Shown here: in pieces, positions 54,606-63,983 of the stretch | Layout of the letters: each line of letters opens with the position of its first letter | Position numbering within the stretch: position 1 is the first letter of the stretch | Origin: Myxococcales bacterium | Lineage (GTDB): Bacteria > Myxococcota_A > Polyangia > Polyangiales > Ga0077539 | Assembly (NCBI GenBank): GCA_013298625.1 | Contig: JAAFIF010000032.1 | Location: forward strand, 17,329-81,328 | Reading direction: 5' to 3' | Length of the DNA stretch: 64,000 nt | The notes under the pieces: generated by a model | The model's input: the letters and a program-made list of their open reading frames with translations, nothing else | Told to the model about the DNA's origin: nothing | Database searches by the model: none | Made by a program: the position numbers and the translations under genes

Positions 54606-55354
54606 TCGCTCGCAAGCATCTCGCGCTCAGCGCTCTCGCGCTCGCTTCGTCGCTCGCGCCGACGAGGGCGATCGCGCAGACCGCGTCGCCGCCGCCCTAC
54701 TCGCCGCCAACACCGCAGGTCATGGGCCCTCCGCCAGCGCTGCCCACGGCCGGCGATCCACCGGACCCCACGCTGCGACTGGGAGCGATGCCCGTCCCGT
54801 ACCTCGATCGACGCGCGCTCGTGGCCCACCGCGATACGCGCCTCGACACCGCGCGCTTCGACGAGCGACGAGCGCTGCGCATCGCGACCGCGTCGATGGC
54901 GTCGCTCGGCGCGACCACCCTCAGCGTCGGGTTCGGCGCTGGGGTCATAGAGATCAGCCAGGGCGGCACGTGCCCGTGGTGCTCGTTCGGGCTCGTGGTC
55001 ACCAGCATCGTGACGATGACCGCGGTGTCCTCGTTCGCGATCGCGGGCGCGTACGTCCTGGCGTCCAACGCGTTCAACGCGCGCACTTCGTACTGGAGCG
55101 CGTTTGGCGGCTGGTGGGCGGGCGCGGTGGTCGGCGGCACGGTTATCGCGACGGCGTTGACCTTCGGTCGACCGGACTTGCCCACGCTCTTCAGCGCGGT
55201 CGCGCTCCTGCCGCTGATCGGACAGGTGATCGCGAGCGAGGCGACCGCGCGGCCCACGGAGACGCGGCGCAGCGAGGCTGGGGCGAGGATCGTTCCGTCG
55301 ATCTACGTCGCGGCAAACGGGGCGGCGACGCTGTCGATCGCAGGCGCGATGTAA
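54602..55354 (+). CDS. hypothetical membrane protein, tandem paralogue 2
   Basis: GTG 54602 overlaps the upstream TGA. Signal peptide, Pro-rich linker, then TM segments. Confidence 0.6.
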   Translation: MIARKHLALSALALASSLAPTRAIAQTASPPPYSPPTPQVMGPPPALPTAGDPPDPTLRLGAMPVPYLDRRALVAHRDTRLDTARFDERRALRIATASMASLGATTLSVGFGAGVIEISQGGTCPWCSFGLVVTSIVTMTAVSSFAIAGAYVLASNAFNARTSYWSAFGGWWAGAVVGGTVIATALTFGRPDLPTLFSAVALLPLIGQVIASEATARPTETRRSEAGARIVPSIYVAANGAATLSIAGAM

Positions 55355-55361
55355 CCAACAC

Positions 55362-55505
55362 TCACGCCCCCGCTGCGAATCCCAACGCCCGTCGCGCGTC
55401 CTCGACGGTCATCGAGAAGAACCGCTCGTACGGGTGCGCCACGATCTTCGCCGAGCGCCGCCCGCGCGCGAACGCCGCGCGGAGCGTGTCCCTCCATCGC
55501 CCGAT
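55362..55505 (-). pseudogene. duplicated 3' end of the Coq4-family gene (last ~45 codons)
   Basis: It reads ...RWRDTLRAAFARGRRSAKIVAHPYERFFSMTVEDARRALGFAAGA*. The 103-nt core 55383-55485 is identical to 56431-56533 inside the intact gene. There is no start codon and no upstream homology. Confidence 0.8.
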
Positions 55506-55527
55506 CAACGGAGCAATCGAGAGACGC

Positions 55528-56367
55528 TCAGCCCGCGCTCGGCGGCTCGAGCACCACGCCCGCGGCCTGCAGCGACTCGGGCGTGCTGAAGCGCACGCGG
55601 CGATAGCGCTCGGTGAGCCGCGCGGTCACGCCGCGGATCATCACGATCGCGAGCACGGCGGAGGCGACGTCGAACAGCGACGAAATGACGGTCCCGACGT
55701 TGCGCGTCGAGAGGCCCTCGATCGTCGCGGCCGTCGAGCGAGACGTCCCGTTGGCGATGACCCCAGAGAGCCAATACGTGCCCCACCACGCGCCGACCGC
55801 CGCCGCTGGCAGCGGCCTCGGAGGAGGAGGCGCTTCGAGCTGAACCGAGCGATACCCGCCAGCGCCGTCGGCGACCACCATCGCCTGCGGCTGCGGCAGC
55901 TGCGGGTCGAGCAGCGCGTCGTGAACGTTCTTCACCACCTCGTACGGCCGCTTGATGTTGACGAACGGAATGAAAAACGACCACACCGCGTCCTTCGGCG
56001 ACCACAACAACATCGCCCCCAGCATGCGAGACGCCAGCGTCGTGCGGTGCAACCACCGCAGAAACAGCACAGCCGTCACCACGAGAAGCGCGAGCTGCGA
56101 CAGCACAGCCGTCCCGGTGAGCAAGTCGCTCGCGGCGAGCTGCTCGCGCTCGACCTGGCGCCCCGCCTGCACCTGCGAGAGCAGCGCGTTCTGCGACAGC
56201 GCCGCGTAAATGCTGAAGGCCCTGCTGGCCAACGTGAGCGACAGCGCCGCGATCGCGAGCTTCGCCCTCCCCTCTGCAGCCCGAACCGAAGGCTCGATCG
56301 CCTCGGCCGGGTGCAGCGCACTCGGAATGTTCATATCGCGACGATATCGCAATTCGTCGATTGTCAC
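55528..56367 (-). CDS. DUF4328-family membrane protein
   Basis: WSFFIPFVNIKRPYEVVKNVHDAL matches the DUF4328 signature. The start is GTG 56367 or ATG 56334. Confidence 0.75.
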   Translation of the reverse strand: MTIDELRYRRDMNIPSALHPAEAIEPSVRAAEGRAKLAIAALSLTLASRAFSIYAALSQNALLSQVQAGRQVEREQLAASDLLTGTAVLSQLALLVVTAVLFLRWLHRTTLASRMLGAMLLWSPKDAVWSFFIPFVNIKRPYEVVKNVHDALLDPQLPQPQAMVVADGAGGYRSVQLEAPPPPRPLPAAAVGAWWGTYWLSGVIANGTSRSTAATIEGLSTRNVGTVISSLFDVASAVLAIVMIRGVTARLTERYRRVRFSTPESLQAAGVVLEPPSAG

Positions 56368-56397
56368 GCGCGGCGATTCGTCGAACCCACGCTCGCG

Positions 56398-57108
56398 TCA
56401 CCCCTGCGCGCTCGGCGCCTCTGCGATACGCAACGCCCGTCGCGCGTCCTCGACGGTCATCGAGAAGAACCGCTCGTACGGGTGCGCCACGATCTTCGCC
56501 GAGCGCCGCCCGCGCGCGAACGCCGCGCGGAGCTTGTCCGTGTACCTCCACATCGGCGGCAGCCCGTGCGGCTGCAGGACCGCGGCGAACAGCAAGATCA
56601 ACGCGCTCGTGCGAAGCGAGAGGTTGCCCAGCGCGAAGGCCTGCAGCTCCATCTCTCCGAGCGCGTCGGTCCCGTAGCCCGTCAGCACGTGCACGAGGTC
56701 GTGCGTCTCGCGGTAGCGCTTCACCAGGTAATCCACGGAGTTGCGCACTTCGTACGGGCTCTCGAAGGGCTGGATCTTGTTGTCGTCGAAGTACTTCGCA
56801 AACGCCCGGCCCAAGGTCCCTTCGGGCATCGCGCGCAAGGCGTCGAGGTCGATCGAGCTGCCCTGCATGCTCGGCCGCGCGCGCAACAGCGCCCTTCCCT
56901 CTTCGCTCTGCGACAGCTCGCGCACCAGCGCCGCGAAGCGGTCTCCGTCCAGGCTCGCGTTGAACAGCGGCGCCGCGACGCTGTCGTCCGGCTTCTTCTC
57001 GAGCACACGCAGCGCGCGGACCGCCACGCGCAGCCGCGTGAAGACCGAAGCGCCCTCGGGCAAATACAGCCCGTCTGCGACGCGGGCGGTGGGAGAGCTG
57101 AAAGACAT
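56398..57108 (-). CDS. Coq4-family protein
   Basis: ATG 57108. The HDLVHVLTGYGTDALGEMELQ segment fits the Coq4 HDxxH-x(n)-E metal-binding motif. Confidence 0.8.
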   Translation of the reverse strand: MSFSSPTARVADGLYLPEGASVFTRLRVAVRALRVLEKKPDDSVAAPLFNASLDGDRFAALVRELSQSEEGRALLRARPSMQGSSIDLDALRAMPEGTLGRAFAKYFDDNKIQPFESPYEVRNSVDYLVKRYRETHDLVHVLTGYGTDALGEMELQAFALGNLSLRTSALILLFAAVLQPHGLPPMWRYTDKLRAAFARGRRSAKIVAHPYERFFSMTVEDARRALRIAEAPSAQG

Positions 57109-57128
57109 CGGGTGGGTTCTCTCTTTCG

Positions 57129-57809
57129 TCAGCCTTCGGGTCGCGTCGAGCTCGGCGCGCGCCACAGCCCGAGCAACGCATCAACGATACCGTCCGCAGC
57201 CTCGTCCCAGCTCGCGCGCGCAGTCGGCCGCCGCGCGTGCAGCGAGCTCTCTCGCTCGGCCAGCGCGTGCACGATGAGATAGCGCATCATGTCCGAGCGC
57301 TCGGCGAACACCTCGGGCGCGAGCGACGGCAGGCGCTCGGTCACCCCTTCGGTCACCACGCGCATCGTCTCGGTGGCGAGCCATCGATCGACCACGAGCT
57401 GCCGCAGCGTCGGGTCCGTCGTCACCTGCGCGAGAAACCGCGCGTAGAAGCTCTTGCGACCGAGCGACGACAGGTGATCGGTGACGGGCTTGACCAGCGC
57501 GAGCAGCCACGGGCGCAGCCTCGGCCCGTCGCTCAGCGTCTCGATCATCGCCGCGCGGCGCGCTTCGATGTCCGGCGTGTGCCGCCCGACGATCGCCGCG
57601 ATCAGGTCCGCCTTGGCGCCGAAGTGATAGCCCACCACCGAGTTGTTCGACTGGCCCGCGGCCTCGCCGATCTGACGGTTGGACACCGAGAGCCCCTGCT
57701 CGGCGAAGAGCCGCTCGGCCGTCTCGACGATGCGCTCGCGCGTCTCTTCGCCCGCCGCGCTGCGCGAGGGCTGCGCGCTGGTGGCCTTCGAGCTGATCGT
57801 AGCGCCCAT
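57129..57809 (-). CDS. TetR/AcrR-family transcriptional regulator
   Basis: N-terminal HTH RERIVETAERLFAEQGLSVSNRQIGEAAGQSNNSVVGYHFG. Confidence 0.9.
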   Translation of the reverse strand: MGATISSKATSAQPSRSAAGEETRERIVETAERLFAEQGLSVSNRQIGEAAGQSNNSVVGYHFGAKADLIAAIVGRHTPDIEARRAAMIETLSDGPRLRPWLLALVKPVTDHLSSLGRKSFYARFLAQVTTDPTLRQLVVDRWLATETMRVVTEGVTERLPSLAPEVFAERSDMMRYLIVHALAERESSLHARRPTARASWDEAADGIVDALLGLWRAPSSTRPEG

Positions 57810-57839
57810 CGGGTTGTCCGACCGTTGATTTGAGACAAG

Positions 57840-57854
57840 TGACTTACTAAGTCA
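57840..57854. promoter_or_regulatory. candidate TetR operator (15-bp palindrome)
   Basis: tgactta-c-taagtca lies 31 nt upstream of the tetR ATG, flanked by direct aagtgact repeats. This is one of the few AT-rich spots in the window. Confidence 0.5.
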
Positions 57855-57879
57855 AGTGACTCAACGATGGGCCCCGCGC

Positions 57880-59391
57880 TCAGACGTCGCCGGGCAGCGA
57901 CGGGATGGCGGACCACTGCGTCGCGATCACCGCCACCGTCGAGAGCAGCGAGAGCAACGAGAGCGCGAGACCGGCGAACACCTTCGCGCGCACCGCGCGC
58001 AGCACGGCCGTCGGCTGCTCACCGGGCGCGCACACGAGCAGGACCGCGGCCTCGCCGCTGTCGCCGACGAGCGACGGGGCGCCGTCGCGACGACCGCGCC
58101 TTCCCCAGGCGATCGCCGGGGCGCCGACGGGGACGACGACGGTGTGAACGATCAGCGGTCGCCCGCGCTGCTCGCCGCGAGACTCGGCGGCGTACAGCGT
58201 GCTGGCCCAACACGTCGCGTTGGGCTCGATCGCGAGCTCGCCCTCGAGCGAGCGAAGCACGAACCCGTCGTCGGTCAGCGTCGAGTGCGTGAGGATGTTG
58301 GGGTCCGACCCGCTGACCACTTCTTCTTCGGTGATCGCGACGATCCCAGCGGGACCTAGATCGCTCTCGACCGGCGTGGGATCGACGATGCTCCCCTCGA
58401 TCACGCCGGCGGCCGACGCGGTGGCGCGCGGCGCGCTCAACAGCTGCGCGACCCGCGCGCGCGCGACGCGAGAGCGCATCCAGCCGTACAGCAGCGAGCC
58501 GAGCGAGAGCGCGACGGTCCAGAGCAGCGCCATGCTCGCGTACGAAGTCGCTGTGTGCGTGCGCCCGGCGGCCGCGTCGAGCGCGAGCATCAGCCCCACG
58601 CCGACCGCGGTGACGAGCGCGAAGAGAAAGCCCACCGAGCCTTCGGAGCGCACGCGCACGTCGCGCGGCTCGTTGGCCGAGTGCCTCCACTGCGTCGCGA
58701 GCAGCACGCCGCTATCCGAGAGCAACGCCCCCGCGGACGCCGCGAGCGACGCCGCCATCGATGCCCATTGCGCGAGCCACTGGGGCGACGAGCGCGTCGC
58801 GAGCGCGAGCGCCGCGCACACGAGCGCGCCCGTCAGAAAGAGCCACGGAGCGTAGCCCCTCGCGCGCAGCGACGACGGAGCCGGCGCGACGTAGCCATCG
58901 AGCGCCTGCGCCATCGCGCGCGCAGGGTCCGCGCCGTGCGCGACGTGGGTGAGCTTCAACGCAGCGACGACGAGCCGCGCTGCGCCGCGAAAGGCCGACT
59001 CGGTCCCAGCGTCGAGCGCGCGCACCTCCGTCACGACGCCGCGCACCCGGACGCGCTCATCAGCGGCGACGCTCGCGATGCGCAGCTCGACCACGCGCTC
59101 TTCGTCGTCGAGCTCGTCGCGTGCGATCAGGGCGCACTCCGAGCGAACCCTCCCCCATTTCGCGCGGATCGTACGCGCCGGAACGACCCCGCGGCTCTCC
59201 ATCTCCGCCGCGTCCAAGGCGACCGCGCCGCCGTCGTCGAGCAGCAACGAGAGCCCGTGGCGTCTCCATCGCGTCCTGCGCGGCCTGGCGCTCGCGCCGT
59301 GCAGCGTCGAGAGACGCTCGACTCGCAGCTCGCCGCGAAGGACGCCCTCGACCTCGATCACCGCTCCGACCCGCGCGTCTTGCTCGGACAT
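57880..59391 (-). CDS. hypothetical polytopic membrane protein
   Basis: 503-aa ORF with a soluble N-terminal domain, central TM segments and a C-terminal TM (FAGLALSLLSLLSTVAVIA). Confidence 0.65.
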   Translation of the reverse strand: MSEQDARVGAVIEVEGVLRGELRVERLSTLHGASARPRRTRWRRHGLSLLLDDGGAVALDAAEMESRGVVPARTIRAKWGRVRSECALIARDELDDEERVVELRIASVAADERVRVRGVVTEVRALDAGTESAFRGAARLVVAALKLTHVAHGADPARAMAQALDGYVAPAPSSLRARGYAPWLFLTGALVCAALALATRSSPQWLAQWASMAASLAASAGALLSDSGVLLATQWRHSANEPRDVRVRSEGSVGFLFALVTAVGVGLMLALDAAAGRTHTATSYASMALLWTVALSLGSLLYGWMRSRVARARVAQLLSAPRATASAAGVIEGSIVDPTPVESDLGPAGIVAITEEEVVSGSDPNILTHSTLTDDGFVLRSLEGELAIEPNATCWASTLYAAESRGEQRGRPLIVHTVVVPVGAPAIAWGRRGRRDGAPSLVGDSGEAAVLLVCAPGEQPTAVLRAVRAKVFAGLALSLLSLLSTVAVIATQWSAIPSLPGDV

Positions 59392-59476
59392 GTGCGCTCC
59401 GTGGCTGTTCTGCGGCCGCGTGGATCGGTCGCGCGAACACCACGCCGGATTTCACCGGGGCCGTCAACGACGCGCT

Positions 59477-59944
59477 CTACGCGCGTGCGTCGGCGCGCGC
59501 TCGCGCGAGGGCGACCACGACGAACACGCACGGCAGCGCGACGAGGTCCGTCGGGTCGCGGGCGAGGCTCACCCTGTGCGGTGGGGGGGCCGTGACAAAC
59601 GTCGCCGGAGCGAGCCAATGCGCCATCGCGTACACCACGTCGATCGGGTGCGCGAGCCAGCCCCAGCACTCACGATACAGCTCCGCCGCGGGAACCCAGG
59701 TTTTCACCAGCGCAAACACGGCTCCGACGCACACGGCGACGGCGAGCGCAGCGCGCGCGCCGAGCGGGCGACGCGCGACGAGCTCGATCGACGCCACGAG
59801 CACCACGGGCGTCAAGATCAAGCCGGCGAAGTCCGAGAGCTTTCCCGTGACGAGCCCAGGCCAGCGCGCCTTCGCCCAGTGGTCGTTGACGATCAGCGCC
59901 GCGAGCGCCGCGAGCGAGACCGGATGCGCGGCGAGCGATCGCAT
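59477..59944 (-). CDS. small membrane protein (possibly DUF2809-like)
   Basis: 155-aa ORF with 4 hydrophobic segments. The family assignment is tentative. Confidence 0.55.
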   Translation of the reverse strand: MRSLAAHPVSLAALAALIVNDHWAKARWPGLVTGKLSDFAGLILTPVVLVASIELVARRPLGARAALAVAVCVGAVFALVKTWVPAAELYRECWGWLAHPIDVVYAMAHWLAPATFVTAPPPHRVSLARDPTDLVALPCVFVVVALARARADARA

Positions 59945-60026
59945 GAGGGAGCGTCATCACAGTCGCCCAGGACCGCCGACGTCAAGCGCTCGAAACCGCG
60001 GCGCGCGGCGCTACCATCGCGCCCCC

Positions 60027-60581
60027 ATGTTCGCGACCCTCACGACCGAGCGCTTATCGCTGCGCCCCTTCACAGAGAGCGACCTCGCGCTTCTCGACCA
60101 GCTTCACGCAGACCCCGAGGTCTATCGCTACCTCGGCGACGGACGGCCGCGAACGACTGCGTTTCACCAGGGATGGCTCGCGCGCACGCTGCAAGGGCAC
60201 GCCGAGGGGATCGGCCAGCGCGTCGTCGAGCGCGACGGCCGCGCCATCGGCCGCTGCGGGCTCAGCCGCTATTGGCGCAGCGGCGATCGAGACGGCGCCG
60301 CGCTCACCACCACGCCGCCCGCGCAGCCCGAAGCGTGGAGCTCGTTTCTCGAAATGGGCTGGACCTTCGAGCGCGCCGCTTGGGGCCAGGGGCTCGCGAG
60401 CGAAGCGGCCGCCGCGGTCCTCGCCGCGTTCGTCGCCCACACGGACGAGCCCGTCTTCGCGATGATCCACGTGGATAACTCCCGCTCGATCCGCGTCGCA
60501 GAGCGCCTCGGGTGGTCCGCACAACAGCGCGCCACGCTCGGCGATCGTCCGACCGTGCTCTACGGCCCGCCGTCGAAGTAG
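60027..60581 (+). CDS. GNAT-family N-acetyltransferase
   Basis: ATG 60027. TERLSLRPFTESDLALLDQLHADPEVYRYL and the core WGQGLASEAAAAVLAF are typical of RimJ/RimL-type GNATs. Confidence 0.8.
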   Translation: MFATLTTERLSLRPFTESDLALLDQLHADPEVYRYLGDGRPRTTAFHQGWLARTLQGHAEGIGQRVVERDGRAIGRCGLSRYWRSGDRDGAALTTTPPAQPEAWSSFLEMGWTFERAAWGQGLASEAAAAVLAAFVAHTDEPVFAMIHVDNSRSIRVAERLGWSAQQRATLGDRPTVLYGPPSK

Positions 60582-60594
60582 CGCGGGCTTCGTC

Positions 60595-60963
60595 TCAGCG
60601 AGCTTCGTCGCGGACCGCCGCGCGCCACGCACGTGCGAAGCCGCCGTCCATCACGAAGCGCGGAAACGTCACCCACTGCTCGGCGAAGATCCGCGCCGCC
60701 GCGTCGAGCGGACCGTCGAACGGCACCGGCGCGACCCGCTCTCGCGCGTGCGTCTTGCCCTGCGCCGCCATGGCCACGGCCATCGACGCGAGCCCGACGA
60801 GGGCGGCCCAGAGGCTGGTCAGCGGCGCGGACACGAGCGCGATGTTTCCCAGCAAAAATAGAGGATTTGTGAGCGCGTGCACGAGCAGCGTCCCGCGGCC
60901 CGTGTGGTTGTCGTCGTAGAGCGAGCGCTGCCATTGCAGCAAGGGCTGTGATCGTCCCGTCAT
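60595..60963 (-). CDS. small hypothetical membrane protein
   Basis: 122-aa ORF with two TM segments (LFLLGNIALVSAPLTSLWAALVGLASMAVAMAA). Confidence 0.5.
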   Translation of the reverse strand: MTGRSQPLLQWQRSLYDDNHTGRGTLLVHALTNPLFLLGNIALVSAPLTSLWAALVGLASMAVAMAAQGKTHARERVAPVPFDGPLDAAARIFAEQWVTFPRFVMDGGFARAWRAAVRDEAR

Positions 60964-60985
60964 CGTTGGTGCGACGATGCTTGCG

Positions 60986-61774
60986 TCACCCAGCGCTCGG
61001 CGTCTTGAACAGACTGGCTGCGATCGTCGCGCGCACTTGCACCGGCGTCAGCCCCAGCGTCTTGCGAAAGGTCCTGCTCATGTGGGCCGCGTCCGAGAAG
61101 CCCGCGTCCGCAGCGGCTGCGCTCAGCGCGACCCCGTCGGCGATCGCCGCGACCGCGCGCTGAACGCGCAGCCAGAGGACGTACGGACGCCAGGGAATTC
61201 CCACGGATTCAGTGAAGGCGTGCATGAACCGGCCGTCCGAGAGGCCCACCTTCGCGGCCATCGCGCCGAGCGCGCAGAGCTCGTCGTCGAGCGGTCCACG
61301 CAAGAGCGCCAGGGCCTCGAGCACCGCAGGGTGCGCCACCGGAAGCGAGGGCTCGGCCGAGGCCCCGAGCGCCATCGCGACCGCGCGCGTCCATCGCACG
61401 CCCGCCGCGTCCATGATCGCCATGGGGTCCTCGCTGATCGCGACGATCTCGTCTCGCTCTCGCTCGGTCACGCGCCGCGCAGAGCCGCCGATCACCGAGC
61501 GAAGCGCCACGCCGATCGCGCTCTCGGGCTCGATGAACACCAGCAGCGACTCGCCGAAGCGCTGGTCGATCTCGTGCTCGACGTCCGGCGCCGTGATGAT
61601 CCCCGCGCACGCAGACGGCGCGCTCTCTCCGTGCACCCGCGCTTCGATCGTCCCGCGAAGCGAGAGCACCAGGTGCATCCCGTGGTGCGCGTGCGCGCTG
61701 CTGGCTCCGAGTCGACCGCGCGCCGCGAGCAGCGGCGGCCAGGGGGGAGCGTCCCGTCGGTGAGGCTCGTTCAC
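60986..61774 (-). CDS. AraC-family transcriptional regulator
   Basis: C-terminal HTH pair (LGAMAAKVGLSDGRFMHAFTESVGIPWRPYV...AAADAGFSDAAHMSRTFRKTLGLTP). Confidence 0.88.
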   Translation of the reverse strand: MNEPHRRDAPPWPPLLAARGRLGASSAHAHHGMHLVLSLRGTIEARVHGESAPSACAGIITAPDVEHEIDQRFGESLLVFIEPESAIGVALRSVIGGSARRVTERERDEIVAISEDPMAIMDAAGVRWTRAVAMALGASAEPSLPVAHPAVLEALALLRGPLDDELCALGAMAAKVGLSDGRFMHAFTESVGIPWRPYVLWLRVQRAVAAIADGVALSAAAADAGFSDAAHMSRTFRKTLGLTPVQVRATIAASLFKTPSAG

Positions 61775-61832
61775 GATCGACGCGCAGTGTACCCGGCGAG
61801 CGCTGATCGACCACGGTCAGCGCGCGCGGAGG

Positions 61833-62984
61833 TCACCACGAGAAGCCCGTCGTGACGAGGCCGCCGCCCGTGCACATCGCGCGCACCGAGCAGTATTGCG
61901 CGCGCTCGTACGTTCCGTCGTTGCAGCGAAGGGTCCCGCAGTGAGGCACGCCGGCGCCGCACGAGGGCGTCCCGCAGGACGAGCCCGAGCACGTCACCAT
62001 CGCCTCGCACGACCCGCCGCCGGTCGTGATGCACGACGGCCCGCCCACGGTCCCCGCAGGAATCGCCCAGCGAACCACGCCCGGCGCGCACGTCGCGCAC
62101 CCCTCGTCCGCCATCCCGTCGCAGTCGTCGTCCACGCCGTTGCCGCAGGACTCGGCGCCAGGGACGACCTGCCCGATGCACGAGCCGCTCCAGTTGCGAG
62201 AGGCGTCGCACTGCTCGGTCCCCCCGCGGCAAACACCGACGCCCGCTGTCCCTGCAGGGCCCGCGTAGCACGTGCGCGTCGCACCCGGCGCGCACACGCC
62301 GCAGCCCTCGTCCACCATCCCGTCGCAGTCGTCATCGACGCTGTTTCCGCAAGCCTCCGCGGTCGGAACAACGGCCCCCGCGCACATCCCGAACGCCCCG
62401 CTCGCGCACGTCCTCGTCCCGGCGCGGCAGGCCCCGACGCCCGCCGTTCCCGCGGGACCCGCGTAGCAGCTCTCGGTCGCGCCGTTGCGACAACACCCCG
62501 CGCCGTCGTCCACGACGCCGTTGCAATCCTGGTCCATCGAGTCGCCGCACACCTCGGCCACCGGACGGATCGCGCCGACGCACTCGCCCCAGCCGAACAC
62601 TTCGCCTTCGCCGTTGCAGCGCTGCGTCCCAGGCCGACACGTCCCCCTCGACGCCTCGATCATCGGCCCCGGATAACACAGCTGCGTCGCGCCCACGGCG
62701 CACGCGCAGCCCTCGTCGATGCGCCCGTCCGCGTTGTCGTCGAAGCCGTTGCACAGCTCTGCGCCTGCGTCCGATCGCGGCGCGCTGTCGCTCGACGCAG
62801 CGTCCTCGACGCGCCCTGCGTCCGGCGTCGAGCCGCTGTCCATCCCCGAGACCCCCGAGTCGATCACAGCCACGTCGGCGGCGCTGTCCCCGGTCGCAGC
62901 CGCGTCCGGTCGGCTGAGCGGCGCGTTGTCCGCGCACGCTGACAACACCCACACACAAAGCCCCAACGACGCTCGCTTCATCAT
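61833..62984 (-). CDS. lipoprotein with MopE-like putative metal-binding repeats
   Basis: Lipobox LGLCVWVLSAC. Repeated C-x-G-x-D-(D/N)-(D/N)-C-(D/N)-G-x-(V/I/A)-D-E-G-C modules (CNGFDDNADGRIDEGC, CGDSMDQDCNGVVDDG, CGNSVDDDCDGMVDEGC, CGNGVDDDCDGMADEGC). Confidence 0.8.
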   Translation of the reverse strand: MMKRASLGLCVWVLSACADNAPLSRPDAAATGDSAADVAVIDSGVSGMDSGSTPDAGRVEDAASSDSAPRSDAGAELCNGFDDNADGRIDEGCACAVGATQLCYPGPMIEASRGTCRPGTQRCNGEGEVFGWGECVGAIRPVAEVCGDSMDQDCNGVVDDGAGCCRNGATESCYAGPAGTAGVGACRAGTRTCASGAFGMCAGAVVPTAEACGNSVDDDCDGMVDEGCGVCAPGATRTCYAGPAGTAGVGVCRGGTEQCDASRNWSGSCIGQVVPGAESCGNGVDDDCDGMADEGCATCAPGVVRWAIPAGTVGGPSCITTGGGSCEAMVTCSGSSCGTPSCGAGVPHCGTLRCNDGTYERAQYCSVRAMCTGGGLVTTGFSW

Positions 62985-63029
62985 CGTCTGCGAGACTACA
63001 CCACGACGCGCTCGCCTCGGGCGGTTTCA

Positions 63030-63983
63030 TCATTCGCGAGCAAATCTCCCGCGAAACTCGCCGGGGCTCACCCCGAGGCTGCGACGGCACAGCCGCGCGA
63101 GCTGCGCGCCGTCCCGAAGGCCGCAGCGCGTCGCGATCTCTTTGCTCGAGAGGTCCGTCGTCGCGAGCAACGTGCGCGCCCGCTCGACGCGCAGCCGCGC
63201 CACGAGCCGCGCCGGCGTCGTGCGCAAGCTCTCGGCGCACCGCCGATGAAACGTCCTCACGGACAGCCCCGCCTTGCGCGCGAGCGACTCGACGTCGAGC
63301 GCCGCGTCGAGGTTGTCCCGCGCCCACGCGAGCGCCGCCCCCAGCGGGTCCGACGCGTCCCGCTGCGCGACGAGCGCCGCGCTCCACTGCGATTGAAACC
63401 CAGCCCGACGCGCGTAGAGCACCAGCCGCGCGGCGATCGTGTCGACGAGCTTGCGGCCGTGGTCGCGCTCGACCATCGCGAGCGCCATGTCGATCCCCGT
63501 CGTCACGCCCGCCGAGGTCCACACGCGCCCGTCCTGCACGAAGATCGACTCGCGGTCGACGGTCACTTCGGGCCTGAGCTCGGCGAGCCGATCGCAGCTC
63601 GACCAGTGCGTCGCCGCGCGCTTGTGATCGAGCAGCCCCGCCATCGCCAGGACGAACGCGCCCGAGCACACCGAGCCGAGCCGCTCGACCACGGGAGCTG
63701 CGCGCTCGAGCCAACGAGCCAGCGCGCGATCAGCCACCGCGCCGCGCACCGCCGCTTCGTCTCCGCCCGCGACCAACACCGTGTCCCTGCTCGTCGGCCG
63801 CAGCGAAGCCAGCGCGCGGGTGCTCATCGCATAACCCGCGGTGGTCTCGATCGCGCCTCCCCCGACGCTCGCAGGGACGAGCTCGTACAGAGGCTCTTCG
63901 GCGATGCGATTGGCCGAGGCGAAGACCTCGAGCGGGCCCGTCGCGTCGAGCGACTGCACCGCGTCGAAGACCACGACGATCAC
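63030..63983 (-). CDS. GlxA-family regulator (DJ-1/PfpI domain fused to AraC HTH)
   Basis: The DJ-1/PfpI-like N-terminus has the nucleophile elbow SVCSGAFVLAMAGLL. AraC HTH at the C-terminus (LARKAGLSVRTFHRRCAE...IATRCGLRDGAQLARLCRRSLGVSPGEFR). Confidence 0.88.
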   Translation of the reverse strand: MIVVVFDAVQSLDATGPLEVFASANRIAEEPLYELVPASVGGGAIETTAGYAMSTRALASLRPTSRDTVLVAGGDEAAVRGAVADRALARWLERAAPVVERLGSVCSGAFVLAMAGLLDHKRAATHWSSCDRLAELRPEVTVDRESIFVQDGRVWTSAGVTTGIDMALAMVERDHGRKLVDTIAARLVLYARRAGFQSQWSAALVAQRDASDPLGAALAWARDNLDAALDVESLARKAGLSVRTFHRRCAESLRTTPARLVARLRVERARTLLATTDLSSKEIATRCGLRDGAQLARLCRRSLGVSPGEFRGRFARE

